Below the pieces are notes generated by a model. It was not told the DNA's origin, searched no databases, and worked only from the letters and a program-made list of their open reading frames with translations. A stretch of 64,000 nt of DNA from positions 68,890 through 132,889 of the forward strand of contig CALSMF010000006.1 of NCBI GenBank assembly GCA_943787385.1. The letters run 5' to 3'. Origin of the DNA: an uncultured Luminiphilus sp. (GTDB lineage Bacteria; Pseudomonadota; Gammaproteobacteria; Pseudomonadales; Halieaceae). Made by a program: the position numbers and the translations under genes. Shown here one piece after another: positions 40,831 through 50,969 of the stretch. Within the stretch, counting starts at the first letter, position 1. The number at the start of each line of letters is the position of its first letter.

Positions 40831-41709
40831 GTGCGCATTCTTCTATTTTTAGGCACTAACCTGGCTGTTTTAGTGTTAGTGGGCTTGGTCTTTAATCTGC
40901 TGGGGTTCAGCGGCGTACTCGATGCAAATGGCGTAGACCTCAACCTCTCTGCTCTGTTGGTCTTTTGTGCACTCTTTGGCTTCGGCGGATCCATTATTTC
41001 CCTGCTGCTGTCCAAATGGATGGCTAAGAGGGGCACGGGTACTGTCATTATTGAAAACCCTGGCAATAAAGATGAGCAATGGCTGCTAGACACTGTGAGC
41101 ACTTTGGCGACACAGGCTGGCATAAAAATGCCGGAAGTGGGGGTATTTCCCTCGAGCTCAGCCAACGCTTTCGCCACCGGCTGGAACCGAAATGATGCCC
41201 TCGTTGCTGTGAGCAGTGGGCTACTGCAACGCTTTTCCCCCAATGAGGTTCGCGCGGTCCTTGCCCATGAACTGGGTCATGTGGCCAACGGCGATATGGT
41301 CACACTCACCCTCATTCAAGGCGTGGTAAACACCTTTGTGATGTTTGCCGCACGAATTATTGGCCACACCATAGACCGCGTTGTGTTCAAGAACGAGCGC
41401 GGCTATGGGATTAGCTACTTTGTGGTGACCATAGTGGCCGAAATTGCTCTTGGATTTTTAGCGAGTATGCTGGTGATGAAATTTTCGCGATGGCGGGAAT
41501 ATCGTGCCGATGCAGCGGGCGCGAGCCTCACAACGTCGCAGGACATGATCGCAGCACTGCAACGGTTGCGAACTGATCAAGGGCAACCTAGTGAACTTCC
41601 CGGAGAACTCACTGCCTTTGGTATTCGCCCCGGCAAAGCAGGCATTGCTGACTTATTTCGCTCTCACCCCTCCCTAGAAGATCGTATTGTGGCATTGCAA
41701 AAATCATGA
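40831..41709 (+). CDS. htpX: Membrane zinc metalloprotease HtpX
   Basis: MRILLFLGTN, NAFATG, HELGHVANGDMVT, FSRWREYRAD, SHPSLEDRI. Confidence 0.96.
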   Translation: MRILLFLGTNLAVLVLVGLVFNLLGFSGVLDANGVDLNLSALLVFCALFGFGGSIISLLLSKWMAKRGTGTVIIENPGNKDEQWLLDTVSTLATQAGIKMPEVGVFPSSSANAFATGWNRNDALVAVSSGLLQRFSPNEVRAVLAHELGHVANGDMVTLTLIQGVVNTFVMFAARIIGHTIDRVVFKNERGYGISYFVVTIVAEIALGFLASMLVMKFSRWREYRADAAGASLTTSQDMIAALQRLRTDQGQPSELPGELTAFGIRPGKAGIADLFRSHPSLEDRIVALQKS

Positions 41710-42785
41710 GGGCTTGCCTCGAAATCCTTCGACGCTGGTCTGCTTTTGTCTTGCTATGCTGCAGCGCAATTTGCAGCACGGTGACCTGGGCGGACACCGA
41801 AGTCGATTATTTGACGTTTGCCACAAACGATGAAAAAAACACAACGGATATTTTCAGCCAGGCGAGCCCTGCGGTGGTATCGGTCACCAGTAGCGCACTG
41901 CGTAGGACCATGTTTTCACCCAATGTTCTCGAGGTGCCAAAAGGTGCGGGCTCGGGATTTATTTGGAGCGACAGTGGCCTGGTGGTGACGAATTTTCATG
42001 TGATTTCTGGCGCTGACAAACTCACTGTTACTATTGCAGAGGAGGATTTTGCCGCCGAGGTTGTGGGGGTGGCTCCTGAGCGAGACCTTGCGGTTTTGCG
42101 GCTATCAGAGCGACCCAAGGATCTCACTGTTTTACCGTTAGGTGATTCCGCAGAATTATCTGTCGGTCGTAAAGTTCTCGCGATCGGCAACCCCTTTGGT
42201 CTCGATACCAGCCTCACTGTTGGCATTGTTAGCGCCCTAGATCGAGAAATTCGCTCCCCCAGCAACCGCACAATTAGCGGTGTGATTCAAACTGATGCGG
42301 CCATAAATCCGGGAAATTCAGGGGGACCACTGTTGAATTCCTTGGGGCAGCTGGTTGGCGTCAATACCGCTATTTATTCGCCCAGCGGCGGTAGCGCGGG
42401 AATTGGCTTTGCCATTCCGGTAAATTTGGTGAAGGAAGTTGTTCCCCAACTCATTGCCTATGGCAAGATTTTACGCCCAGTGCTGGGCGTTGAACTGGCG
42501 AGTGATCGCTGGACGCGTCGCTATGGTGTGAAAGGCGTTGCCATTATTCGCGTGCTTCGCGGACTCCCAGCAGCTGAAGCCGGGATGCAGGGAGCCACCC
42601 GCAACAGGCGCGGCGAAATTATTCTAGGCGACATCATCACCCACATTGAAGAGCAACCTATTCGTAGCCAAGACGATTACCTTTCGGCCTTAGAAAAATA
42701 CAAGGTGGGAGATACGATTTCCCTTACCGCTAAACGTGGTGATACGACGAAGAACTTCGACGTTACGCTGTCAGAAACACGCTAA
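41706..42785 (+). CDS. HtrA/Deg trypsin-like serine protease with one PDZ domain
   Basis: GSGFIW, TNFHV (His), DLAVL (Asp), IQTDAAINPGNSGG (Ser), single PDZ; ATGA overlap with htpX. Confidence 0.92.
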   Translation: MRACLEILRRWSAFVLLCCSAICSTVTWADTEVDYLTFATNDEKNTTDIFSQASPAVVSVTSSALRRTMFSPNVLEVPKGAGSGFIWSDSGLVVTNFHVISGADKLTVTIAEEDFAAEVVGVAPERDLAVLRLSERPKDLTVLPLGDSAELSVGRKVLAIGNPFGLDTSLTVGIVSALDREIRSPSNRTISGVIQTDAAINPGNSGGPLLNSLGQLVGVNTAIYSPSGGSAGIGFAIPVNLVKEVVPQLIAYGKILRPVLGVELASDRWTRRYGVKGVAIIRVLRGLPAAEAGMQGATRNRRGEIILGDIITHIEEQPIRSQDDYLSALEKYKVGDTISLTAKRGDTTKNFDVTLSETR

Positions 42786-42836
42786 TGACACCACCAAAAT
42801 GGCTATTGCTAGCGCTAGCGATGCTGACCGTCGCTG

Positions 42837-44251
42837 TTATTCAGTTTTGGCCGGCGTCTCTACCCCCGGCCAACTCTCAGGATCCAGATTCTGCTCAGGC
42901 ATCCGAGCACGATCAAAGACCGGAGTAGACGCTGTTGTGAGCCCGCCTCAAAATCTCGCAACAGCGACATCCCCACAGGAAATAACGCCCACAGCGCCAC
43001 AAGGTTTACCACTGCTAACAAACCCATTGTCAGGTCGGAAAAGCTAAAAATAGTCGCCATATCCTGCAGTGACGCCCAAGCGATCAACGCTAAAACGGCA
43101 ATACGAAAAGCGTTAATCGTGATTTTCGGTGACACATTAAAATAGGCGATACTGTTTTCGCCTAGGTAGCAGTTATAAGCAATGCTACTTGTCGCAAATA
43201 ACACCAGGGCAATACTGACCAAAGGCTCACCGATGGGGCCTATATGGGTAGCGAGGGCTCGCTGAGTTAAGGCTATCCCCTCAATGCCCTCTGCCCCGGG
43301 TTGATAAAGCGGTGAAAGCAAGATGATCATGGCCGTGCAGGTACATAAAACAATCGTATCAATGAATACGCTCAAACCTTGAATGAGCCCCTGAGACATA
43401 GGATGCGCTACGTCTGCGACGGCCGCTACATTGGGCGCAGTACCCAAACCCGCTTCGTTGGAAAATAACCCCCGTCGAGCCCCTTGCATGACTGCGGCAG
43501 CAACACCCCCACCGATCACTTCCTCAAAACCAAAGGCTGAACTGAGGATGAGGGCAAACGCCGCCGGCACTTGAGCGTAATTCATCACAAGAACAACGAT
43601 CGCCAGACCGAAATAACCCAAAACCATGATGGGCACGACGAACTCGGAGAAAACGGCAATTCGGCGGATACCTCCAAAAATCACTACGCTCATTAATGCG
43701 GTCAAGGCAATGCCCGTTTGCCAAGTAGAAATACCGAAGGCCGACTCTACCGACTGCGTGATGGTATAAGCTTGCACGGCATTGAACCCAAGGCCCAAAG
43801 TGAGTAACAGTAATAGCGAGTACACCACTGGCATTACGCGCCAGCCCAAACCGTAATGCATATAAAATGCGGGTCCACCGCGAAAATCATTATCACCATG
43901 ACGACGCTTAAACAGCTGTGCCAATGAACACTCAAACACGCTGGTTGCCATGCCCAGCAGGGCGATAAGCCACATCCAAAACAGGGCGCCCGGACCCCCT
44001 AAGGTGATAGCCACGGCGACACCTGCAATGTTGCCGCCACCCACACGACCTGCAACGCTCACTAGCAGGGCTTGAACACCAGAAATCCCCCGCTTGCTGC
44101 CAGCCGACCGACTCACGCGAAGCTGCGCAAACATAGCTGTAAAGAGGCGCAGTTGCACAAATTTAGAGGCCAGAGTGAAGCGAAGCCCTACGAAGAGAAG
44201 TGCGGCTATGAGGACGTAGGTCCACAACCAGTCGGTTAATATCGCTAACAT
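42837..44251 (-). CDS. Alanine/glycine:cation symporter (AGCS), C-terminal frameshift near 42944
   Basis: RVGGGNIAGVA, GGPGALFWMW, RGLFSNEAGLG. The alternative frame gives a family-like tail PVFD...LDPESW ending at 42837. Confidence 0.9.
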
Positions 44252-44260
44252 CGTGATACC

Positions 44261-45607
44261 TCAGATCAAGCCTGAGATAAGAATAAATGCAATCGCAGGG
44301 ACTGCCACCCACCTTACCAACTGGCGCCACAGCGAATAAACGAGTGGCGTAGTGCGCAGCTCATCCTCGCTGTGAACTTTAAGCATGAACCAACCTGCAA
44401 AGGTGGCAATGAGTAATCCCCCAGCGGGCAATAACACTTTGTCGGGAATCGCAAAGGCAACATCATTAAAGTTGAAGCCTGCCACGGTATAATCTGACCA
44501 GACGCCGTAGGACAATACACTCGCAACGCTGCACAGCGTGACCGCCGCAACAACCACTGCAGAACTTGCGTGGCGATGAATTGAGAAATGCTCTCCCACC
44601 CATGCAGTCACGGATTCCAGCAATCCCACCATACTCGTAATACCGGCGACTGCGAGCATAATGAAGAACAGGGTCGCAAATATATGCCCGCCCGGCATTT
44701 GCGCAAAGGCGACCGGCAAGGTTTGGAAAATAAGACCCGCACCGCTGGCAATATCTAAGCCGTAGTGAAAAACCGCCGGAAAAACGACAAACCCAGCAAG
44801 AAGCGCTACCAAGGTGTCGGCAAGAACAACAATAATAGCGGCGCGGGTAATCGAAAAACCTTTCGGTAGATAGGCCCCGTAAATCATCATGCCACCCATA
44901 GCGACCCCCAGGGAAAAGAAAGCCTGGCCTATGGCTGCTAGCAAAGTGTCAGGCCCAACCTTGCTGAAATCGGGGGTAAACAACCAGTCCAAAGTCTCGA
45001 CGAAACCGCCGGCAAAAACGTTGTAAATACTTAGACCAATGAGTAGTGCAAACATCAGTGGCATCATGACCGTCACGGCTCGCTCAATACCCCCCTTCAC
45101 CCCGGAAAAAATGATCGCGCCGACAAACAGATTGCCCAATAAAGTCCAGAACAACATGCCACCGCTGTTCACTAACAGGGCATCAAAGGCTTGGGATGAG
45201 CTCTCTGCATCGACACCGACAAAACCTGTCATGGCGGCCTTAGAGAGGTAAAACAGAACCCAGCCGACCACCACCGCGTAGGTAACGGCAATAGCAAATG
45301 CCGTAAGAACCCCCATACCCCCTACCAGACGCCAGTGCCGGGACCGACCCGACTCCTCGGCAACGCGCGCCATCGATTCAGGAGGGCTACTCTGCCCACG
45401 GCGACCAATGAGAAGCTCGGCGACAAGACAGGGAACGCCAATACAAAAAGCGCAAAACAAATAAATTAAAACGAAGGCCGAGCCTCCATTCTCACCTGTG
45501 ACGTAGGGAAACCTCCAAATATTTCCCAAACCCACCGCAAAACCGACTGATGCCATAATAAAGGCGAACCGACTGGACCAATGTGCACTACCGATAGCAG
45601 CTGTCAT
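44261..45607 (-). CDS. Sodium-dependent transporter, NSS/SNF family
   Basis: GFAVGLGNIWRFPY, ENGGSAF, GQAFFSLG. Confidence 0.93.
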   Translation of the reverse strand: MTAAIGSAHWSSRFAFIMASVGFAVGLGNIWRFPYVTGENGGSAFVLIYLFCAFCIGVPCLVAELLIGRRGQSSPPESMARVAEESGRSRHWRLVGGMGVLTAFAIAVTYAVVVGWVLFYLSKAAMTGFVGVDAESSSQAFDALLVNSGGMLFWTLLGNLFVGAIIFSGVKGGIERAVTVMMPLMFALLIGLSIYNVFAGGFVETLDWLFTPDFSKVGPDTLLAAIGQAFFSLGVAMGGMMIYGAYLPKGFSITRAAIIVVLADTLVALLAGFVVFPAVFHYGLDIASGAGLIFQTLPVAFAQMPGGHIFATLFFIMLAVAGITSMVGLLESVTAWVGEHFSIHRHASSAVVVAAVTLCSVASVLSYGVWSDYTVAGFNFNDVAFAIPDKVLLPAGGLLIATFAGWFMLKVHSEDELRTTPLVYSLWRQLVRWVAVPAIAFILISGLI

Positions 45608-45717
45608 AGTTGGAGAATTCCTTTCTTATCGTTGCGCGTTGGTATTACGTCGCGGTCTATTATTTTTTAAGCGGCCGGCAGCTTGTTAAACGACCGGGCT
45701 GACCTAAGCGGTCTCTT

Positions 45718-45747
45718 ACTACCTATTAGCGCACTACTTATTAGCGC
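45718..45747. repeat. 15-bp near-perfect tandem repeat
   Basis: ACTACCTATTAGCGC followed by ACTACTTATTAGCGC (1 mismatch), intergenic upstream of the NSS transporter. Confidence 0.75.
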
Positions 45748-45832
45748 ATCCTGCAGCACCTCTGTTAATCGATGCCTCGACCCAAAAATTTGGGGGTAGC
45801 TTGTGCTCACGCAAGACTAAAAGCCTTATGGC

Positions 45833-46573
45833 CTATAAGCGACCGTTGATAACCATATCAAATCCAGTGGCCGTTGGGGCCGCTATTAGTTGTAGCGCTC
45901 TGGCCAATTCAGCGTTTGCAGTGGCAGGCCCGGATAGATCAAGATCAATTTCATAGTTATTTTCGGTGACCTCAAGGTCCCCCGCCACCACCAGCCCGCC
46001 CGATAAGGTTGTGACACGCCCTTGCACGTTACTATCTTGACCCGATAAGCGCAGTTGGTAATCGCCTAAAGGCACGTCTCCTGCCGCAGCAGCCCAGACG
46101 GCGTCTTGCCAGAGTACTTTGCCATCGAGTGATTGAAGTTGATCCGACGCTATGAGTATTTCAGAGAAGTCAGCAACGACACGGCCGCCAATATAGAGGG
46201 GTACCATTTGCCGAATCAGGCCGCTATCGAACTCTGCGTAAAAATCTGTGACCACAATATTGCCCGACAGATTGCGCCGGAAAACGCCGTTCAGCTGCTG
46301 CCCACCCCACGCCAAACTCATTAGGACTTTGGGCCGCAAAGACACCAAAGACAGCGGCGACAAATGCCAACGAACCCGCCCTAAAACTAAGGCGCCGTCA
46401 TCGAGTAGCCAAGCACTGCGCGCTGCTGTGCCACTCCAAAATGAGCCCGAAAGCGCACTGAGCATCAGTCTCTCGGGCAGCAGAACACCCACCACTCTTG
46501 CGGGTAGCTGCCATAGCGTAAAACAAACCAATAAGCACGCTAAGACCAGCGAAATACGCCCAGACACCTTCAC
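45833..46573 (-). CDS. gspN: Type II secretion protein N
   Basis: N-terminal TM, LPA..V, GSFWSG; last gene of the gsp operon. Confidence 0.8.
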   Translation of the reverse strand: MKVSGRISLVLACLLVCFTLWQLPARVVGVLLPERLMLSALSGSFWSGTAARSAWLLDDGALVLGRVRWHLSPLSLVSLRPKVLMSLAWGGQQLNGVFRRNLSGNIVVTDFYAEFDSGLIRQMVPLYIGGRVVADFSEILIASDQLQSLDGKVLWQDAVWAAAAGDVPLGDYQLRLSGQDSNVQGRVTTLSGGLVVAGDLEVTENNYEIDLDLSGPATANAELARALQLIAAPTATGFDMVINGRL

Positions 46574-47046
46574 CCCAGATCAGCAACACGTATTGTTGCG
46601 TTGACACCGCCCAACCCGCTGCTGCGTACGATTGACGCGTCGATCACTAATAGTCCTTCGGTCACCTCTAATCGATACAACCACTTAGCCAGTGCATCAT
46701 AGGTAACAGCCTCGAAGCGCACTTGTACTTCGCCGCGGCTATTGGGTTGAAGACGCCTAACCACCAGCCCCTCTAGGTTACTGATTCGGCTAATTGCCGC
46801 TGTGAGGCTGCTTCGATCAGAGGACTCTGTCGCTGAGCGCAGTGCCATGAGGCGGGTCGCCTTCGCATCGACGCGACTCAGCACCTGAGAGGCCACTTCA
46901 TTATTGAGTGCCATCTGCTGTCTTGCAGCAGATGCTGGCAACAGGATCATCTGTACAACAAGCCACGCGCCAACCGCGAGAGTCATGGACAGAAGATAAA
47001 TCTGCTCTCGTCGCGAACGCCCGTTGAACCAATCCTGCAGCATCAT
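46570..47046 (-). CDS. gspM: Type II secretion protein M
   Basis: WFNGRSRREQ plus TM, VQVRFEAV..DAL..WL. Confidence 0.85.
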   Translation of the reverse strand: MMLQDWFNGRSRREQIYLLSMTLAVGAWLVVQMILLPASAARQQMALNNEVASQVLSRVDAKATRLMALRSATESSDRSSLTAAISRISNLEGLVVRRLQPNSRGEVQVRFEAVTYDALAKWLYRLEVTEGLLVIDASIVRSSGLGGVNATIRVADLG

Positions 47047-48204
47047 AGGGCCACCCTAAGCCGCGCCCTGACTTGCGCGTTACGTTGTGAAGATGTTTCT
47101 AAGGTAGCCTCCAAGCCGGCACGGCTGAAGCGCTCTCGTAGAGCCTCAATGTCATCGTAGCTAGGCGCTAGCAAATCCAGCCGGAGCTCTCCGGCGCTGT
47201 CGCTGTAATTAATACTACTGAGCGTCAATTGATTGTCTGCCGCAATAATTCGGCTAACGCGATCAAGAACGTGGGTGAACATCAGCCCTCTAGCCCCCAC
47301 AGCGTATTCCGCAATTTGACGATCTAATTGCTTTTCAGCATCGACTAGAGCCCCTTTGGGGTTGGCCTGACGGTAGCTTTCCTCGATGGCGCTGCGCAGC
47401 GCAACATTGCTCTCTTGCAAGCGCCAGTATTGGACCCAATCACTAACGACTTGCAAAGAAACCGCAATAAGCAACGCAACGGCCAGCAGTTTCCATCTTT
47501 GCCACCAGCGCCCAAAGGGCAAGCTGGGGGCAAATTCACCTTGACGCATATCGATACCGTCGTCGGCACCCTGTGCCAGCATCAAAGCGGTACCAAAATC
47601 GCCCTGGCGCCATTGCACCCGGTCACGCCAAACGTCGGGTAGCAGCGCACAATCGCTTGACCTGATCGCGGCCATACACCACCACCGTATCCGGCAGCAG
47701 AGACAAAGTACCTAGCAAGGACGCCAACAGGCCGTGCTCTACCCGGGCGCCCTGATGCTGATCCCAGCGAATAAGGACGGATGCATGCTCTACCAGCAAA
47801 CAGACTTCACCAGGCTGCAGCGGCAGCAACAAGGCCTCATGAAAAAATGGACCCTCAAAGCCATCGCCCAGCTGCTGCAACCAATCGCTCATGTCGGCCT
47901 GGGATGCCAGCGCCACTAAATAGCGCTCTCCATCGATCGGGGTACAAACAAAGTGCATCGACTCAACCGGATCAATCACTGCGTCTTCCAGCATGAAAGG
48001 CAGGGACTGCTTCAGATGCCGATGCTCATCAGAGCGGACTGTTATATGCGTCAACCGGGCTCGATCTGCGGGTACCGCAAACGCACAATTTTTGCCGAGA
48101 TCGCCGGTGGCATCATCAAGGCTGACCGCCTCTTGACCGGCACGCCAAAGGCGCAGGCCCTGTGTCTCAAGCCGGAGAATTCCTGGATTTTCAGACGGCG
48201 TCAT
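47043..48204 (-). CDS. gspL: Type II secretion protein L (split by an apparent frameshift near 47661)
   Basis: ORF 47623-48204 (LPFMLED) plus ORF 47043-47675 (DMRQGEF, TM, LRLDL). Removing one G joins them. Confidence 0.85.
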
Positions 48205-48282
48205 TCTGGAGGAGCCTTTTCCCCATCAAAGTGGATTTCTTGCCACCTCGACGATAAATAAAGTACGAGATTTGCGTGCATG

Positions 48283-49362
48283 TCAAAGCTCACCCTGACT
48301 TCGGTAGCGTGCAAAAACTGACGTGCGTTCTCTTTGTAAAACACTGTACAAGCGTAGCTCTCTCTCGGCAATCTCTACCGAGGCTGAAAGTAAAAACCAA
48401 TCACTGCGCTCACCGATTAAAGTGGAAAACGCGTCACTTTGCGCTTCTGAAAACAACACATCCTCTAGCAGCGTCTCAACCGAGAAAATGATACCTTCCG
48501 TACGCGCCGCAACTAGGCGCATACCCTCTTCCTCAGACATTGGCTCTAGCCGATCATTCACCGGCAAACTGCGCAGCACCGTTGCCGATGCCGTTAAGAT
48601 ATTTAAAGCGCCACCTTCTTTTGGCCATACGGTAACAAAGGGCGCCAGTGCGCTGTAGATTTCAGGCGTAATCCCCCCAACAGCTCGGAGTTCACTGACA
48701 CTTGCCAAGGGTTGTCCCGGGGTTCGGTATGAGGGGCTGAGACTTCGGTAAGCGTCATCCTCGGCACCATTAGCCAGCGGTTGCGTGTCTCTATCGATGA
48801 AATCTACGACAGACTGCATAATGCCGATCGCCTGCTGGGAGCTAATCTCCGTATTCTCAAGGGCACCCAAAAGCCGAATGAATTGTCGCTGGGATGGACT
48901 GTACTGAGATGCTCCTGAAATATCGCTAGCACGCCCCCCCTCCAAGGCCTCTGAGTCTGAGCCCGAAGAATCGCCCCCGGTGCTGCCATTGGCCTCAGTG
49001 GCAACCAGCCCATTGAGATTGAATCGCCCTTGAAGGTCTTGAAGCCCCCCAAGCAACCAACCACCCTCGACTAGTGGGTAGGGCTGCGCCTCGCTGGCCC
49101 AAAGCTCGTTCAGATCATCTACCGGCCTATCTTGCCCATTATCAGCGGTAGCATCTAACCGCAGTGCGACTATGCCGAGAGCTTCTGCGCCCAAGAGATA
49201 GGCCCAACCCTGCTCTGTGACAAAATTATTGGCACCGCGTTGTAACTGCAGCGTGAATTCTCGCTGCAAACCGACAATTAAGGCTGATGCCAGGGCAAAT
49301 ACCAAAAGCGCCACAATGAGCGCCGCACCACCTTGACGGCGCTTAGAGGGGTGGCAGTACAT
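48283..49362 (-). CDS. gspK: Type II secretion minor pseudopilin K
   Basis: QGGAALIVAL, DLQGRFNLN, SELRAVGG, LNILTA. Confidence 0.92.
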   Translation of the reverse strand: MYCHPSKRRQGGAALIVALLVFALASALIVGLQREFTLQLQRGANNFVTEQGWAYLLGAEALGIVALRLDATADNGQDRPVDDLNELWASEAQPYPLVEGGWLLGGLQDLQGRFNLNGLVATEANGSTGGDSSGSDSEALEGGRASDISGASQYSPSQRQFIRLLGALENTEISSQQAIGIMQSVVDFIDRDTQPLANGAEDDAYRSLSPSYRTPGQPLASVSELRAVGGITPEIYSALAPFVTVWPKEGGALNILTASATVLRSLPVNDRLEPMSEEEGMRLVAARTEGIIFSVETLLEDVLFSEAQSDAFSTLIGERSDWFLLSASVEIAERELRLYSVLQRERTSVFARYRSQGEL

Positions 49363-49990
49363 AAGTACGCTCAATTTGGCCCCAATCGGTGATGTCCAGT
49401 CGAATAGTTAGTGCTGCCGGAAGCTCAATCACCACATTTGGCTGGGAAATATCTGCAAGCCAGTTATCAAGCCAAAGGCGCCGATCTAACTCTATCCCTT
49501 GGTTAATGCGCAAGGCACTGATGTCATCGAGAAACTGTAAATCGAAACTCTCCACTCCCTCTAGCAATGTGACTTCTCGGGGCTCAGAAGACCCCGACCG
49601 ATCAAGCACCGACCAACTGGCGCGAATCAAGCGATCCTCCTCCAGATAATAAGCAACACGCTGTAAACTCGAACGGGGAAGGTCGACAGTGTTGTGCCAA
49701 CCAGCGCGGGTTAGCGCCAACATCTGCCTAGCCAACGGACCGCCCTCAAGGGCAGCCTCGCGACTGCCAAATTCATCCAAAATGGGACGATCAACAACCT
49801 GACGGATATCCCGCGCGAGCACCTGAAAGGCGCGATTTAAGGTATTAATTTGATCGGCCTCCCTGCGCACAGAATCGACACCGACGATAACGGTCGACAA
49901 ACTCACGTAGGCTAAAACAGCAATCACCGCGGTAATCGCCATAGCGACCAATACTTCAATCAGCGTGAAGCCGCCCCGAACCTGTCTCAC
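49343..49990 (-). CDS. gspJ: Type II secretion minor pseudopilin J
   Basis: GFTLIEVLVAM, RAGWHN, SLQRVAY. Confidence 0.93.
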   Translation of the reverse strand: MRQVRGGFTLIEVLVAMAITAVIAVLAYVSLSTVIVGVDSVRREADQINTLNRAFQVLARDIRQVVDRPILDEFGSREAALEGGPLARQMLALTRAGWHNTVDLPRSSLQRVAYYLEEDRLIRASWSVLDRSGSSEPREVTLLEGVESFDLQFLDDISALRINQGIELDRRLWLDNWLADISQPNVVIELPAALTIRLDITDWGQIERTYVLPPL

Positions 49991-50388
49991 GTCCGACTAC
50001 CCGGCGCTATAAAAGCGGTCAGCGTATGCAGCGCTTGAATTCGATCTTCCTCCATCGAAACCTTAACATCGACACGAATAAAACCCGGTATCTCAGTCGT
50101 CTGCCATTCGATCCACCAATACCAGTCCCGCTCAGCTAAGCGTGCCTCCCCCAGCAATTCACCCTCTGGAATAGCGCCTTGTTTTGCGACTACCAATCGC
50201 AGCTCATTCATTCGATCTGTAGCAACCCAGCTGGCCATACTTCGATTACGCAAATACTCAGTGCCATCGAGCTGTTGGAAGAGTGCAAGCAGTAATGCCG
50301 GCACAGCAACCGCAACGATCGCCAGCGCCACCATAACCTCGACGAGCGTAAATCCTCTCGACCGCAGCAGCTTAGGGCGGGAAGGCAT
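49987..50388 (-). CDS. gspI: Type II secretion minor pseudopilin I
   Basis: RGFTLVEVMVALAI, A.WVA; position in the operon. Confidence 0.92.
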   Translation of the reverse strand: MPSRPKLLRSRGFTLVEVMVALAIVAVAVPALLLALFQQLDGTEYLRNRSMASWVATDRMNELRLVVAKQGAIPEGELLGEARLAERDWYWWIEWQTTEIPGFIRVDVKVSMEEDRIQALHTLTAFIAPGSRT

Positions 50389-50968
50389 CTAAACTCTGCC
50401 CCGATGGCAGCAATGCGAAATCGCCAAAAAAGCTCCATTCCATACGAAAGATTAATTCCTGGGTATCTTGAGTCATCCAGTCGAGATACCCCTGGGTGAC
50501 TTCCCCGCTGGCGAAGAAGATGATCTGTGGCGAGGGGCGCAAGTCAGGGTCACGCTCACCAATTTCAACATTTGGATTATCTGCTAGGGTCAACCAAAGC
50601 TCCGTATTGTCATCAAAGACAAATGGAACCAACACGTCACTACCACCTCTAGGCTCCGCCCAGCCTTGGTCATAACGACGCAGCCAATACCCCGTTGTTG
50701 TCTGTATTCCCCGGCCAGGCTTTTGTTCCAAATACAAACCATGGTCTACCCCTGACATCTCAGCCTCTGTTTGCACGTATTCCATCAGTGCCAGCAAATG
50801 TTGAGCGTCTTCCCTCAGTGCTATTTCACCACCACCGCGCCCGACATTGAGACTCACCACAGAGGTCAACAAAACGATAACCAAAACGGTAATCAGTAGC
50901 TCAATTAAGCTGAAGCCCCTCGCAGGCGGCGAACTACGATCAGCGGTGATCGGCTGGGTTACCTTCAA
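50372..50968 (-). CDS. gspH: Type II secretion minor pseudopilin H
   Basis: RGFSLIELL prepilin motif, PQIIFFASGEVT. Start trimmed to TTG just after the gspG stop. Confidence 0.88.
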   Translation of the reverse strand: MKVTQPITADRSSPPARGFSLIELLITVLVIVLLTSVVSLNVGRGGGEIALREDAQHLLALMEYVQTEAEMSGVDHGLYLEQKPGRGIQTTTGYWLRRYDQGWAEPRGGSDVLVPFVFDDNTELWLTLADNPNVEIGERDPDLRPSPQIIFFASGEVTQGYLDWMTQDTQELIFRMEWSFFGDFALLPSGQSLDAFPP

Positions 50969-50969
50969 T

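Noticed and set aside
42805-42822. Palindrome GCTAGCGCTAGC between the convergent deg and AGCS genes
   Set aside because: Short stem with no U-tract on either side; too weak to call a terminator.
45608-45832. Glycine riboswitch upstream of the amino-acid symporters
   Set aside because: The conserved GGAGA...CCGAAG...CTCTCAGG elements were not found on the minus strand.
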